From the NCBI GenBank assembly GCA_963422735.1, contig OY730476.1, positions 2,208,001-2,272,000 of the forward strand: 64,000 nt of DNA, in the 5' to 3' direction. Position 1 is the first letter of the stretch. Every line of letters begins with the position of its first letter. The translations under genes and the position numbers were made by a program. Under the pieces are notes generated by a model that had not been told where the DNA came from, searched no databases, and saw nothing but the letters and a program-made list of their open reading frames with translations. This stretch comes from Candidatus Latescibacterota bacterium. GTDB taxonomy: Bacteria > Latescibacterota > UBA2968 > UBA8231. Shown here piece by piece: positions 39,879-49,571 of this stretch.

Positions 39879-40188
39879 AAAATGCTCTGTTTTTGATATT
39901 GCGGTTAGGCCGCTTCCAAGCCCTCCGCTCTATCATCGCTTTTTTGCGTGCGAAGTCAAGGCAGATCAGAAGGGTTTAATACCCCAAGCAGCCGGTTCCA
40001 CCTTTATGACTCAGTAACTTTCTCGCATTCGCGCCAAGGATTCATAGATGTGCCGGTACGGCGGCGCGTACAGGTTCGCCAACGCCGGCCAGCCGCCAAG
40101 AATGTACGCCGATTCATGACAATAGCTCTCTGAGACTACATTAGGTGTATTTGCATAGGCCAAGCGCCGCAATGGCCCTTCGTCTAAT

Positions 40189-40245
40189 TTTCAGTTGCGG
40201 CAACAGATTCTTTACCACAATCTTTCAGTTGCGGCAACAGATTCT
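40189..40245. repeat. 23-bp direct repeat x2 with internal palindrome
   Basis: TTTCAGTTGCGGCAACAGATTCT at 40189 and 40223. Confidence 0.9.
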
Positions 40246-40369
40246 CAACAATCGGTTGAGCGGCGAGTTCCCGCCGAACGGCAACCTCGAAAATCCGTTC
40301 AGCGGCCCGCTTCCACAGAGCCTGACGAGGCTGTCGAGACTGGAGTGGGAACTGTTCAACAAAACCTGA
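40244..40369 (+). pseudogene. Plant-type leucine-rich-repeat remnant
   Basis: NNRLSGEFPP-NGNLEN-PFSGPLPQSLTRLSRLE fits NxLSGxIPxxLGxL. Confidence 0.55.
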
Positions 40370-40425
40370 TAGCATCCCCTATCTCCCGCCTAGTTTGAGA
40401 CCATTAGGCCCACAGGAGCCACGCC

Positions 40426-41682
40426 GTGAACATCACCACCATCGAAGTCATTCCCCTGCGCCTTCCCTATGAGGACCGCATCCGCAAGGCGTTCTACCAC
40501 TTCGGCATGAGCGAAGAGGTGACCGTGTATAAGTTCCACACCGATACCGGCCTAGTGGGCTTGGGTGAAAACCCCGGCCCGCCCTTTGAGCAGAGCTTGC
40601 TCGACGCCTACCTCGGCACCAACCCTTTCGACCACGTCATGGGCACCGGACGCTTCAATCTCGACATGGCCTGTTACGACCTGATGGGCAAACACCTCGG
40701 GCTGCCGGCCTATAAGCTAATGGGCCAACAGGTGCGGGAGTGGGTGAGCATGGGCTGGTGGATGCCCAGCATGTCGCCGGAAGATTCGGCCGCCGAGGTG
40801 CAAGAAGCCGCGGCTCGTGGCTATCGCGGGCTGAAATGCAAGGCCCGCGCCTTCTACGACGTAGTCGAGCAAGCCGAGGCCATGCAGGAGGCAGCCCCGC
40901 CCGACTTCCGCATTGAATTCGACTTCAACGGCGCACTCGTCAACGTCGAAAAAGCCCTTCCTATCCTGCGCCAGCTAGAGCAGATTCCCATAGTCAAAGG
41001 AGTCGAGGAGCCGATTTTCGCCTATGACATCGAGGGCTGGCGACGCTTGCACCAAGAGATCCGCATTCCCTTCTACCTCCACGGCGTCAGCACGATCTTC
41101 GACGGCCCCTCGCGCCAGCCTTCTGGGCCTTGGCTTGGGCTGCGTGCTGGCGATTTCGACGGCGCGCTCTGTAGCCACGAGACCCTCCGCAACGCGCTGG
41201 CTGCTTCTTGGGCCTTTGCCGCGGCCAATACCCCAATCCTTTTGCAGTACGTCGGCACGGGCATCACCGCGGCCTTCGCCTGCCACCTAGGCGCGGTCAT
41301 GCACACAGCCACCCTACCGGGCGTAACCACCCATCACACCTACGAAGACGACCTGATCGTCGAGCCACACCCCGTTCAGCGCGGCTTTATGAAGGTGCCC
41401 ACAGGCCCAGGCTTAGGGGTAGAACTGGACGAGGACGCAATCGTGCGCTACCGCGATGTGCCCGCGCCCCAATGGCCGCGCCACTTCTCAGTCGTAACCC
41501 TGCCCGGCGGCCTCAAACACTACTACCGCAACCTGCGACAGGCCGAGCGCCTAATGAAACAAGGCGTTGACGAAGCCTTCGCCCCTGGCGTCCGCCTCAC
41601 CGAGCGCGAAGACGACGGCAGCGCGGATTTCGATAGGCTCTGGCGCAGGCTCCAAGAACGCGATTGGCCCGTCTGGGCCTAG
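40426..41682 (+). CDS. Mandelate racemase/MLE-family enzyme
   Basis: DMACYDLMGK, LKCK, FDFN, EEP, PTGPGLG; AGGAG RBS. Confidence 0.88.
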   Translation: MNITTIEVIPLRLPYEDRIRKAFYHFGMSEEVTVYKFHTDTGLVGLGENPGPPFEQSLLDAYLGTNPFDHVMGTGRFNLDMACYDLMGKHLGLPAYKLMGQQVREWVSMGWWMPSMSPEDSAAEVQEAAARGYRGLKCKARAFYDVVEQAEAMQEAAPPDFRIEFDFNGALVNVEKALPILRQLEQIPIVKGVEEPIFAYDIEGWRRLHQEIRIPFYLHGVSTIFDGPSRQPSGPWLGLRAGDFDGALCSHETLRNALAASWAFAAANTPILLQYVGTGITAAFACHLGAVMHTATLPGVTTHHTYEDDLIVEPHPVQRGFMKVPTGPGLGVELDEDAIVRYRDVPAPQWPRHFSVVTLPGGLKHYYRNLRQAERLMKQGVDEAFAPGVRLTEREDDGSADFDRLWRRLQERDWPVWA

Positions 41683-41693
41683 AGGAGGCTCCC

Positions 41694-42779
41694 GTGAAAA
41701 TCACTCGCATCACCCTCCACATCGTCAACGTGCCCGAGCACCGCTGGTGGTGGTCGGACGATGTGTATGGCCAGCCCCTGCACCAGCGGACCGAGCGCGG
41801 CGTCGTCGAAGTCGAAACCGATCAAGGCTTGACCGGCCTGACGCTGATCGGGCGTTTTACCGCCACCATGCGCCAGCAGTTCGAGACTTGGCTAGGACAG
41901 GATGTCCTCCAGGTCAACTTGGCGCAGAGTAGCGACCCCTTGCAGAGCGCTTTTGAACAGGCTGTGCTCGACTTGCGCGGCCAAGCCCTAGGCGTGCCTA
42001 TATGGCAATTATTGGGGGGGCGGTTGCGCGACCGCATCCCGGTCACCCAATGCACTGGGTACAAAACGCCCGAACACACGGCCAAGGATGCCCAATGGGG
42101 ATGGGAGCAAGGTTTCCGCACGTACAAGATGAAGTGCATCACCAGCCGCGAGAAAACCCCCGAGGAGCGCATCCGCTACATCACCGACCGGATCGAGGCC
42201 ATCCACCGCGTGGTCCCCGACATGGTGGTGCGCCCAGATATCCGCTGGCGTCTAGAGGAAGTGTGGGTGGCCCAAGAACTGGCGCGCCGCCTCCAAGGCC
42301 ATCGCCTAGACTCGCTCGAAAGCCCCATTGCCAAAGGTGCTCGCGGCGGTACGTTTTCCGAATGGCGTCGCCTGCGCCACATCATCCACCTGCCCATTGG
42401 CGACCACGTCGGCGACGCGGCCGATCTGTTGCGCCGCTTTCAGGCCGAGGCCCTCGACTATGTCATTGTCGGCGGAGCCAGCCACTTTGAAACTTTGCGC
42501 CACTCGCATCTGGCACACGCGCTAGGACTAGGCGGCTGGTCGCAGACCGTGGCCTATGGACCAGGTGCCGCTATGGGCCTGCAAGTAGCCGCCTGTATGC
42601 CGCATTTGACTCAGCCCTACGACATGGTCGGCCCCATCGCTTGGGAACACTCCTTGGTCAACGAGAAATTCATCCTCGAAGAGGGCAGCTTCCTAGTCTC
42701 CGACCGACCGGGCTTGGGCTACACCCTCGACCGCGACGGCGTCGAGCACTACTTAGTGGAACGCTACATTTTCCCTTAG
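41694..42779 (+). CDS. Mandelate racemase/MLE-family enzyme
   Basis: GAGGAGG + GTG; LDLRGQALGVPIWQLLGG, YKMK, ESP, DRPGLG. Confidence 0.85.
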   Translation: MKITRITLHIVNVPEHRWWWSDDVYGQPLHQRTERGVVEVETDQGLTGLTLIGRFTATMRQQFETWLGQDVLQVNLAQSSDPLQSAFEQAVLDLRGQALGVPIWQLLGGRLRDRIPVTQCTGYKTPEHTAKDAQWGWEQGFRTYKMKCITSREKTPEERIRYITDRIEAIHRVVPDMVVRPDIRWRLEEVWVAQELARRLQGHRLDSLESPIAKGARGGTFSEWRRLRHIIHLPIGDHVGDAADLLRRFQAEALDYVIVGGASHFETLRHSHLAHALGLGGWSQTVAYGPGAAMGLQVAACMPHLTQPYDMVGPIAWEHSLVNEKFILEEGSFLVSDRPGLGYTLDRDGVEHYLVERYIFP

Positions 42780-42782
42780 GAC

Positions 42783-43040
42783 CTGATGTTACGCAGCTTT
42801 TGTCATGCCTGCTTTCGCAGGCATCCAGAGTACCCCTCGGCGGTTCGGGCTTGGGTGCGTTCCGTCGAACCGCCGAGTGACCCGACGACTCGACGGAACG
42901 CGCCCAAGCCTGTCCCCGTGCAGACGGGGGCTGAATGTCACGCGCCCGTGAAAACGGGTGGCGCGGTGAAGCCCGCGTGCGCGGGAATGACAAGGGAGGG
43001 CGGCAGGAAGCCGCAGACGATAACGACTGCGTAACATCAG
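42783..43040. mobile_element. MITE with 14-bp perfect TIR and 7-bp TSD carrying nested REP-like hairpins
   Basis: CTGATGTTACGCAG...CTGCGTAACATCAG; TTAGGAC at 42776-42782 and 43041-43047. Confidence 0.88.
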
Positions 43041-43059
43041 TTAGGACTTTTACAACGCC

Positions 43060-44748
43060 ATGTCCGAAACCCTCGAATACCGCACCCGCGCCGAAGCCTC
43101 CTTCGCGCTCGACCGTCCCCTCGACAAAGCGCTGACGGTCGCCGCTTGGGTCGAAAGCTGCACGGCTCGCGCCGAAGCCGTGCAGCCGCTCGTCTCGCAG
43201 TGGCGGCCGCGCGCTGCATTCGACGCCTTCTCCGCCTATGACGCCAGCCACACCGACGGCTTGGTGACCCAAGGCTACTTCGGCGCAGTATTCGACGGAC
43301 GCTACGCGTACTTCTGCCCCGTCCGCGACCAGCAGGAGCGCACTTCAGTCCACGGCCGCGTCCTCCGCCTCGACACCCAAGCCGACTTCAAAGACCCAGC
43401 CGCTTGGGCCGCCTACGACGCCAGCCACACCGACGGCCTGCACACCGCGGGCTTCTACGGCGGGGCCTTTGACGGCCGCTACGTGTACTTTAACCCCCGC
43501 GACGATGGCACCGTCCATCACTCGCGGCTCTTGCGTTACGACACCCAAGCCGACTTCAAAGACCCAGCCGCTTGGGCTGCTCACGATGCTCAGTTCCCCC
43601 ACTCGGGGCAGGGCCTCGCCTTTGACGGACACTACCTCTACTTCTGCCCAGGTTATACCCGGTCGGCGACCGCTAGCTTGGACGACGAGCACAGCGGCCA
43701 TATCCTCCGTTGCGACACGGGCGCGCCCCTGAAGGATCCAGCGAGCTATGCAGTCTTCAATGCCCAACAACTTTGCCCGGAGGCGGCCTGTTTCGACGGT
43801 GCCGTATTCGATGGGCGACATATCTACTTCGCGCCACTCGACAGCGGCCACGTCCTCCGCTACGCAGTCGCCGGGGGTTTCGACGACCCGCAAAGCTGGG
43901 ACATCTACGACGCCCGTCCCTTGGGAATGAAAATGAACGTCGGTGCTGTATTCGACGGGCGGCACATCTATTTTTGCGCTTATGGCAATAGCGCGATGCT
44001 GCGCTACGACACGGCCACGTCGTTCGACGATCCAGCCGCTTGGGACACCTACACTCTTGGGTTCAACAGCGGCTTTGACGGTGGCTTCTTCGACGGACGC
44101 TACGTGTACTACGTGCCCTTCACCCGCGCCGCCGCGCCCGGAGAGAGCGTCTTCCACGGCACTTGGCTGCGCTACGACACGGCCGCGCCGTTTGACGATC
44201 CAGCCGCTTGGGACACTCACGACGCCAGTCATACCGACGGCCTGCATACGACCGCGTACAACGCTGGCGCGTTCGACGGACGCTATTTCTACACCGCTCC
44301 CTGGCGCGGCGACCGCGACGGCGGCCACACCCACGGCCGCGTTCTCCGCTACGACACGCTCGGGGCAGACGGCGCGTTCTCCTTGCGCTACGGCGACGTG
44401 GGGCACAACGGCGGGCTCTGCGCGGCCGTGCCCGGCCCCAGCTTCATCGTCAATACTACCAGCGGCGCGGTCAGCGTTGCTGCCCACCAAACCCTCATGC
44501 CCGGCATCCATCACCTCGCCGGGGTGTACGATGGCGCACATATCCAGCTCTACATCGACGGCGCGCTCGCGGCCTCGCGCCCGGCCTGTAGCCGTCCGTT
44601 GCAACAGACGACTATCCCCGCGACCATCGGCCATATCGCCGACGGCAGCGCCCGCTTCCAAGGCACCATCGCCGAGGTGTATCTATCGCCTGTCGCCCAA
44701 AGCACCGCTTGGGCCGCAGCAACTTACCACGCGGGTGTACCAACCTAA
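43060..44748 (+). CDS. LamG/ConA-like domain interrupted by a 7-repeat FDGRY beta-propeller
   Basis: LTVAAWV..PLVSQW; 7x G-x-x-FDG(R/H)(Y/H)xY; then HHLAGVYDG..LYIDG..IG..FQGTIAEV. Confidence 0.8.
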   Translation: MSETLEYRTRAEASFALDRPLDKALTVAAWVESCTARAEAVQPLVSQWRPRAAFDAFSAYDASHTDGLVTQGYFGAVFDGRYAYFCPVRDQQERTSVHGRVLRLDTQADFKDPAAWAAYDASHTDGLHTAGFYGGAFDGRYVYFNPRDDGTVHHSRLLRYDTQADFKDPAAWAAHDAQFPHSGQGLAFDGHYLYFCPGYTRSATASLDDEHSGHILRCDTGAPLKDPASYAVFNAQQLCPEAACFDGAVFDGRHIYFAPLDSGHVLRYAVAGGFDDPQSWDIYDARPLGMKMNVGAVFDGRHIYFCAYGNSAMLRYDTATSFDDPAAWDTYTLGFNSGFDGGFFDGRYVYYVPFTRAAAPGESVFHGTWLRYDTAAPFDDPAAWDTHDASHTDGLHTTAYNAGAFDGRYFYTAPWRGDRDGGHTHGRVLRYDTLGADGAFSLRYGDVGHNGGLCAAVPGPSFIVNTTSGAVSVAAHQTLMPGIHHLAGVYDGAHIQLYIDGALAASRPACSRPLQQTTIPATIGHIADGSARFQGTIAEVYLSPVAQSTAWAAATYHAGVPT

Positions 44749-44761
44749 AGGAGCTTTTGTC

Positions 44762-45847
44762 ATGGACGAAAAATACACGGTCGCCATTATTGGCTGCGGC
44801 CGCCTCGGCCAGCACTACGCCCAAGTCTATCAAACCCTGCCCAACACCGAGCTAGTCGCCATCGCCGAATACGACCCCGAGCGCCGCCAAGCCGTCGGCG
44901 AGCGCTTTGGCATCCGCACGCTCTATCAGGACGCGCAAGACCTCTTCCGACACATGGTACCCGATATTGCCGCAGTCGTGCTGCCCGGCAAGTACATTAA
45001 GGAGGCCGTCATTGCCGCCGCGCAAGCTGGCGTCAAGGGCGTCTCCACCGACAAGCCCATTGAGGCCCGCCTATCGGATGTCGATAAAATGATCGAGGAA
45101 TGCACAGCGCGTGGTGTGGTCTTTGCCGGCGGCAACCTGCAAAGGGCCATGGGCGAGGTGCAAGAAGCAGCCGGCTGGCTGTGCGCGGGCGAGTACGGCC
45201 CATTGCGCGGAGCCAGCGTCCACGGCTGGGGTGGCGAGATTTCCGGCGGGGGCTGCCAGCACATCGCCGTCCTGCGGCTTTTCACCCAAGCCGAGATTAC
45301 CCAAGTCATCGCCTGGGGTACGCCGCCGGAGGCCCTTGCACGCAACGACGATGAGAGCCTGATCATCAACGGACAATTCTTGCTCAGCAACGGCCTCGTC
45401 TGCCCGGTTTTTGGCCAACAGACACCCAGTCGCGGCGTGGATGTGTGGACCGACGACGCGCTCGTGCGCTGGGACTGGGGACCACCCGAAATTTTCCAAG
45501 GCCGCGACGCGGAGGGAGCTCGCATACAGATCGACCGTCCCTATACCCCACTCAAATACCCCCGCTTTTCCTATCTAGGCACTTCGGTGCTGTCGTTTTT
45601 GGATGTCGTAAAAAACGGCGGCGAGCTGTACATCTCTGGCCACGACCTGCGCCAGTCGCTCGAAGTAGCCATCGCCGCCAAGTACTCAGCGCTGTGGGGC
45701 AATGTGCCGCTCGACCTGCCGCTCGCCGATCGTTCGCTCGCGCTCTACCCGAGGGCCTACCGCTGGCTCGGCGGCGACCACTCCGGGCGACCTCAAACCT
45801 ATGCAGAGGCTTTGGAAGGGACGCTTTTTTCTAAGAATCCTTCTTAG
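44762..45847 (+). CDS. Gfo/Idh/MocA oxidoreductase
   Basis: AAGGAG RBS; AIIGCGRLG, TDKP. Confidence 0.88.
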   Translation: MDEKYTVAIIGCGRLGQHYAQVYQTLPNTELVAIAEYDPERRQAVGERFGIRTLYQDAQDLFRHMVPDIAAVVLPGKYIKEAVIAAAQAGVKGVSTDKPIEARLSDVDKMIEECTARGVVFAGGNLQRAMGEVQEAAGWLCAGEYGPLRGASVHGWGGEISGGGCQHIAVLRLFTQAEITQVIAWGTPPEALARNDDESLIINGQFLLSNGLVCPVFGQQTPSRGVDVWTDDALVRWDWGPPEIFQGRDAEGARIQIDRPYTPLKYPRFSYLGTSVLSFLDVVKNGGELYISGHDLRQSLEVAIAAKYSALWGNVPLDLPLADRSLALYPRAYRWLGGDHSGRPQTYAEALEGTLFSKNPS

Positions 45848-46031
45848 AGGCCCTAACAAAATTAAATGTGGCACCTAAAGGCGCGATGCAGCCTGTTTGT
45901 CCGGCCTAAAGGCAGGGTGAAGCGCAGGAATGACATGGGCGGGCGGGATGCCCGCGTTCCGAGGAGCACCTAGCTATACGTCCCCGTGCGTGCGGTGGAT
46001 TCCGGGCACTTCTTCCGTTATACTTTCATTT

Positions 46032-46424
46032 ATGGACGCCTACAGGTCGTACATCAAGGCTTGGCAAAAGCGTCTGCGCCAAGAACGCCAAGCACTCGAC
46101 CAAGCCGCACGCCAAGCACGGGAACAGGCGCAGGTCTGCGCCCAAGCCCTAGTCGAGGAATACGCGGTCGAGCGCGTGTACCTGATCGGCTCGCTGGCCA
46201 GAGGTAGCAGCTTCCATCCGCGTTCAGATATCGACTTAGTCGTCGCAGGCCTAGCATCGGAACGCTACTTTGCGGTGCTAGCAGACATCGCCGAGCGGGT
46301 GGGCCGCGAGATCGATTTGATTCTACTTGAGTCGGCGACGCCAGCGTTGCTCAAGTGCGTTGCCGACGAGGGAGTGCTGCTGTATGAGCGCACAGAAATT
46401 CCTGCTGCTGCGAGCGGACATTGA
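46032..46424 (+). CDS. Minimal nucleotidyltransferase (MntA-type antitoxin)
   Basis: YLIGSLARG..SDIDLVV..IDLI. Confidence 0.88.
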   Translation: MDAYRSYIKAWQKRLRQERQALDQAARQAREQAQVCAQALVEEYAVERVYLIGSLARGSSFHPRSDIDLVVAGLASERYFAVLADIAERVGREIDLILLESATPALLKCVADEGVLLYERTEIPAAASGH

Positions 46425-46872
46425 CCGCGCACTAGAACAGATCGCAGCCGTGGTGGCGGAAGGTCGGGAGACCTTGGAAAAACTCGACGGATCGCCCACC
46501 ACGTTGGAACTGCGCGGCATTGGCAGCATCCTACACGACTTCTACACCGGCATGGAACAGCTCCTAGCGCATATCGCCCGTGAGCTCGATGGCGAGATAC
46601 CGGTCGGTGCCGATTGGTACGCGCAGCTCTTGGGCCGGATGACGAGCGCAATCGAGTCGGTGCGCCCGGCCATCTTCAGCCCCGAACTCGCAGACGCGCT
46701 TAGACCCTATCTGCGCTTCCGCCATCTTTTTAGGAATATATACTGCACCCAATTGCGCTGGGATCTGTGCCGCGGATTGGCCACGGAGTTGGAGGATGTT
46801 TGGGAAAAATTCCACGGCGAAATGGAAGCGTTCAAAGACGTGTTGAAGAGTTTGCACGCCGGCTGTAGCTAG
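46384..46872 (+). CDS. HEPN (HepT-like) toxin
   Basis: LHDFYTGME, LRFRHLFRNIY; overlaps the MNT gene. Confidence 0.85.
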   Translation: MSAQKFLLLRADIDRALEQIAAVVAEGRETLEKLDGSPTTLELRGIGSILHDFYTGMEQLLAHIARELDGEIPVGADWYAQLLGRMTSAIESVRPAIFSPELADALRPYLRFRHLFRNIYCTQLRWDLCRGLATELEDVWEKFHGEMEAFKDVLKSLHAGCS

Positions 46873-46889
46873 CCCCAAATCCGTTTTCC

Positions 46890-48335
46890 TCAATCGAGGC
46901 AAGGCAACCTCACCTCGTCGCCGGTCTGCTCCTGCCAAGCGCGGATCCGTTCGCTCAATTCGCCGATCCGTACGCGCTGCTCGGGCCGGTGGTATAGATT
47001 CTCCAATTCGTGAGGATCCGCGTTCAGATCGTATAGCTCGCCTTGGCCCTTGCCATACAGGTTGAGCTTCCAGCCATCGGCCGCAACGATGGTGCGGAGG
47101 GGATGTACCAAGCTGTGGTTCGGCTCGGCTTCGCCGATCGAGGCCGGCGGGTGGCCATCGGCACCGCTCCACTCGACAAACACGTCGTTGGCCGCCAAGT
47201 CGTCGCGACCGCACAGCACCGACACCCGACTCTGCCCCTGCAAGTGGTCCGGTGCATCCAGCCCCAGCAAGTCGAGCAGCGTGGGCACCAAGTCAATGTG
47301 GCTGAACTGGCCATCGATTCGCCGAGGATCCGCATCCAGCATAGGCGCACGCAGCAGCAACGGTACCTTGATCGACTCCTCGTACATCAGGGTCTTGCCC
47401 AAAATCCCGTGATCGCCCATAAGCTCGCCGTGATCCGACGTGAAAATCACAAGGGTGTCGTCGGCCTTGCCGCTCTCATCCAAAGCCTGGAGGATCTTGG
47501 CCACCGAGCGATCCACCAGCGTCACATTGCCCCAATAGCGGGCCATCAGCCCGCGCCAGCCAGCCTCGGTCTGCAAGTCCAACCCGTAGTTTTCCGAGGC
47601 CGAGTAAAAGGCCGCCATCAGCCGCACGATCAAGGGCGCGTCGGCCAGCGGAGGCTGCCTAAAACTCGGCCCGGTCGGCAGGGTTTCCGGGTCGTAGTAC
47701 TCATTGAGCGCCCCGGTGTGCGGCGGATGCGGCTCCAGATAGCTGACGCACAGCGCGAAGGGCGCGTCGCCACTCTGGCGGATGTACTCTGCGGCCTGCT
47801 CGCCCAAAAACGTCGCCTTTGTGTACTCCTCCGGCATGGATGCCTCGGCGTGGCGCGAGAATATGCGCTGGCCGAGATTTTCCGCGTCGGGCGCAAATCC
47901 CTGCTCGACCAAGAAGTGGTGATACGGGCTGAGGACGGCCAGCCGCTCCGGCGCGGAATAGCAACGCCGGTACGAGTCTTCGCTGCCGACCCACGTCGCA
48001 AACCCGTGCTGGGGAAAAATTTCATCCCCCAAGTGCCATTTGCCCATAAAGGCCGTCTGATATTCCGGCGGCAGCATCTCGGCAAAGGTCGGCACCTCGG
48101 CGCACAGCGGCACATTGCACGCGGGTACGCCAGCGGTGTGCGGCCACAGCCCGGTCAGCATGGTGGCCCGCGCCGGGCTGCACACCGGCTGGCTCACATA
48201 GGCGTTTTCAAAGACAAAGCCAGCGGCGGCCAACTCGTCAAGGGCTGGAGTCTCGATCTGCTCATTGCCGTAACAGCGCAGCGTATCCACGCGCTGCTGA
48301 TCGGTGAAGATGTAAAGTAGGTTAGGATGTCCCAT
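46890..48335 (-). CDS. Cys-type sulfatase
   Basis: PNLLYIFTDQ, CSPARATMLTG, GKWHLG, SDHG. Confidence 0.93.
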   Translation of the reverse strand: MGHPNLLYIFTDQQRVDTLRCYGNEQIETPALDELAAAGFVFENAYVSQPVCSPARATMLTGLWPHTAGVPACNVPLCAEVPTFAEMLPPEYQTAFMGKWHLGDEIFPQHGFATWVGSEDSYRRCYSAPERLAVLSPYHHFLVEQGFAPDAENLGQRIFSRHAEASMPEEYTKATFLGEQAAEYIRQSGDAPFALCVSYLEPHPPHTGALNEYYDPETLPTGPSFRQPPLADAPLIVRLMAAFYSASENYGLDLQTEAGWRGLMARYWGNVTLVDRSVAKILQALDESGKADDTLVIFTSDHGELMGDHGILGKTLMYEESIKVPLLLRAPMLDADPRRIDGQFSHIDLVPTLLDLLGLDAPDHLQGQSRVSVLCGRDDLAANDVFVEWSGADGHPPASIGEAEPNHSLVHPLRTIVAADGWKLNLYGKGQGELYDLNADPHELENLYHRPEQRVRIGELSERIRAWQEQTGDEVRLPCLD

Positions 48336-48379
48336 AGAAATTCCTCCGTTCCATTCCCCCGTAGGGGCACGCCGGTGCC

Positions 48380-49438
48380 CTAGCCCGGCTGATCCCCCTG
48401 CCGGTTGGCGCACGAGCGCGGCGTCAGGTCAAAATAGGTCTCGTGGCCCGAGAAAAAGCGCTCTAATTCATCGACCACGAGGCGGAAAAAATGCGGGTAT
48501 TCGTCGCCCGTGCGCCCGGAAAAGTGCGGAGTCAAAAATACGTTGGGCAGGTCGATGATTTCGCTGTCGGCCGGGATCGGCTCCGGGTCGAAGACATCCA
48601 AGCCCGCGGCAATGTCGCCGCGCTTGAGGCGCTCTATCAGAGCCGTAGAGTCGAAAATGGGGCCGCGCGATACGTTCACCAAAGCGGCCCCCGACGGAAT
48701 AAGCTCCAACTCGCGCCGGCCAATCATGCCCTTGGTCTGTGGCGTCAGCGGCGCGACGCAGACAATCGCATCGCATTGCGACAGCACGTTGTCCAGCGAC
48801 GTTTGCAAAAAGCCCAACGCCTCGGCCAACTCCTGCGGCAAGTACGGATCGTGGACCCACAGTTCGACCTCAAAAGGCCGCAACAGCTTCATCAACCGCC
48901 GTCCCATGTGGCCGCCGCCGATCAATCCCACCCGCTTGCCGGTGAGCATCCCGGCCATCGGCTCAACAGTGGAACGGTTTTGCGTATTCCCAGCGAGGAT
49001 GCGGCGGAAGAGCGCACCGGCATTGCGCATGGCAATCAGCGTCAGCGCCAAGGCCCATTCGGCCACCGGATAGGACGAGCCATTGGTCGTATCCACCGTG
49101 CGAATGCCCCGCGCCCACGCCGCGTCCAAGTCGATGCGCGTGGCAAAGCGATCGCCTTCCAATTCGCCGATGAGGCGCAGCCGGGGCGCGGCTTCCAAGA
49201 CTGTTACATCAATCTTAGGTGCGCCGTGGCAGATGACGAGCGCATCCACCGCACCCATTTCCTTTGCCAACTGCGCGGTGGCCTCGGCGTCTTCGCTGGC
49301 GCGGTAAATATTGCCGCCCTCGCAGGCAAACCACGCCCAATCGGCAAAGCGCTCCAGCCGCGCCAATTCCTCGGGCGACAGGTAGCCATGGCGCACCCGT
49401 TTGCTACAGGCGATAAGTACTTTCGGACGATTCGACAT
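48380..49438 (-). CDS. D-isomer-specific 2-hydroxyacid dehydrogenase
   Basis: GLIGGGHMG, NVSRG, LDVFDPEP, TPH. Confidence 0.92.
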   Translation of the reverse strand: MSNRPKVLIACSKRVRHGYLSPEELARLERFADWAWFACEGGNIYRASEDAEATAQLAKEMGAVDALVICHGAPKIDVTVLEAAPRLRLIGELEGDRFATRIDLDAAWARGIRTVDTTNGSSYPVAEWALALTLIAMRNAGALFRRILAGNTQNRSTVEPMAGMLTGKRVGLIGGGHMGRRLMKLLRPFEVELWVHDPYLPQELAEALGFLQTSLDNVLSQCDAIVCVAPLTPQTKGMIGRRELELIPSGAALVNVSRGPIFDSTALIERLKRGDIAAGLDVFDPEPIPADSEIIDLPNVFLTPHFSGRTGDEYPHFFRLVVDELERFFSGHETYFDLTPRSCANRQGDQPG

Positions 49439-49571
49439 GTGTTGCTCCTTTGAAGAATTTAACATACCTGACGCATTGCGGATGCTTTTCTGAGGCGGGC
49501 GACACACAGGTCGGCCCGATCTTTGTGGTTAGCTGTGCGATTCTGACGGCTACGAAGCCCGCCATAGAGCA

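Noticed and set aside
40189-40245. Mini-CRISPR
   Set aside because: Only two repeats with an 11-nt gap
45846-45960. Further MITE (GAGGCCCTAACAAAA end, GCGGGCGGGATGCCCGC hairpin)
   Set aside because: No matching second end or TSD found
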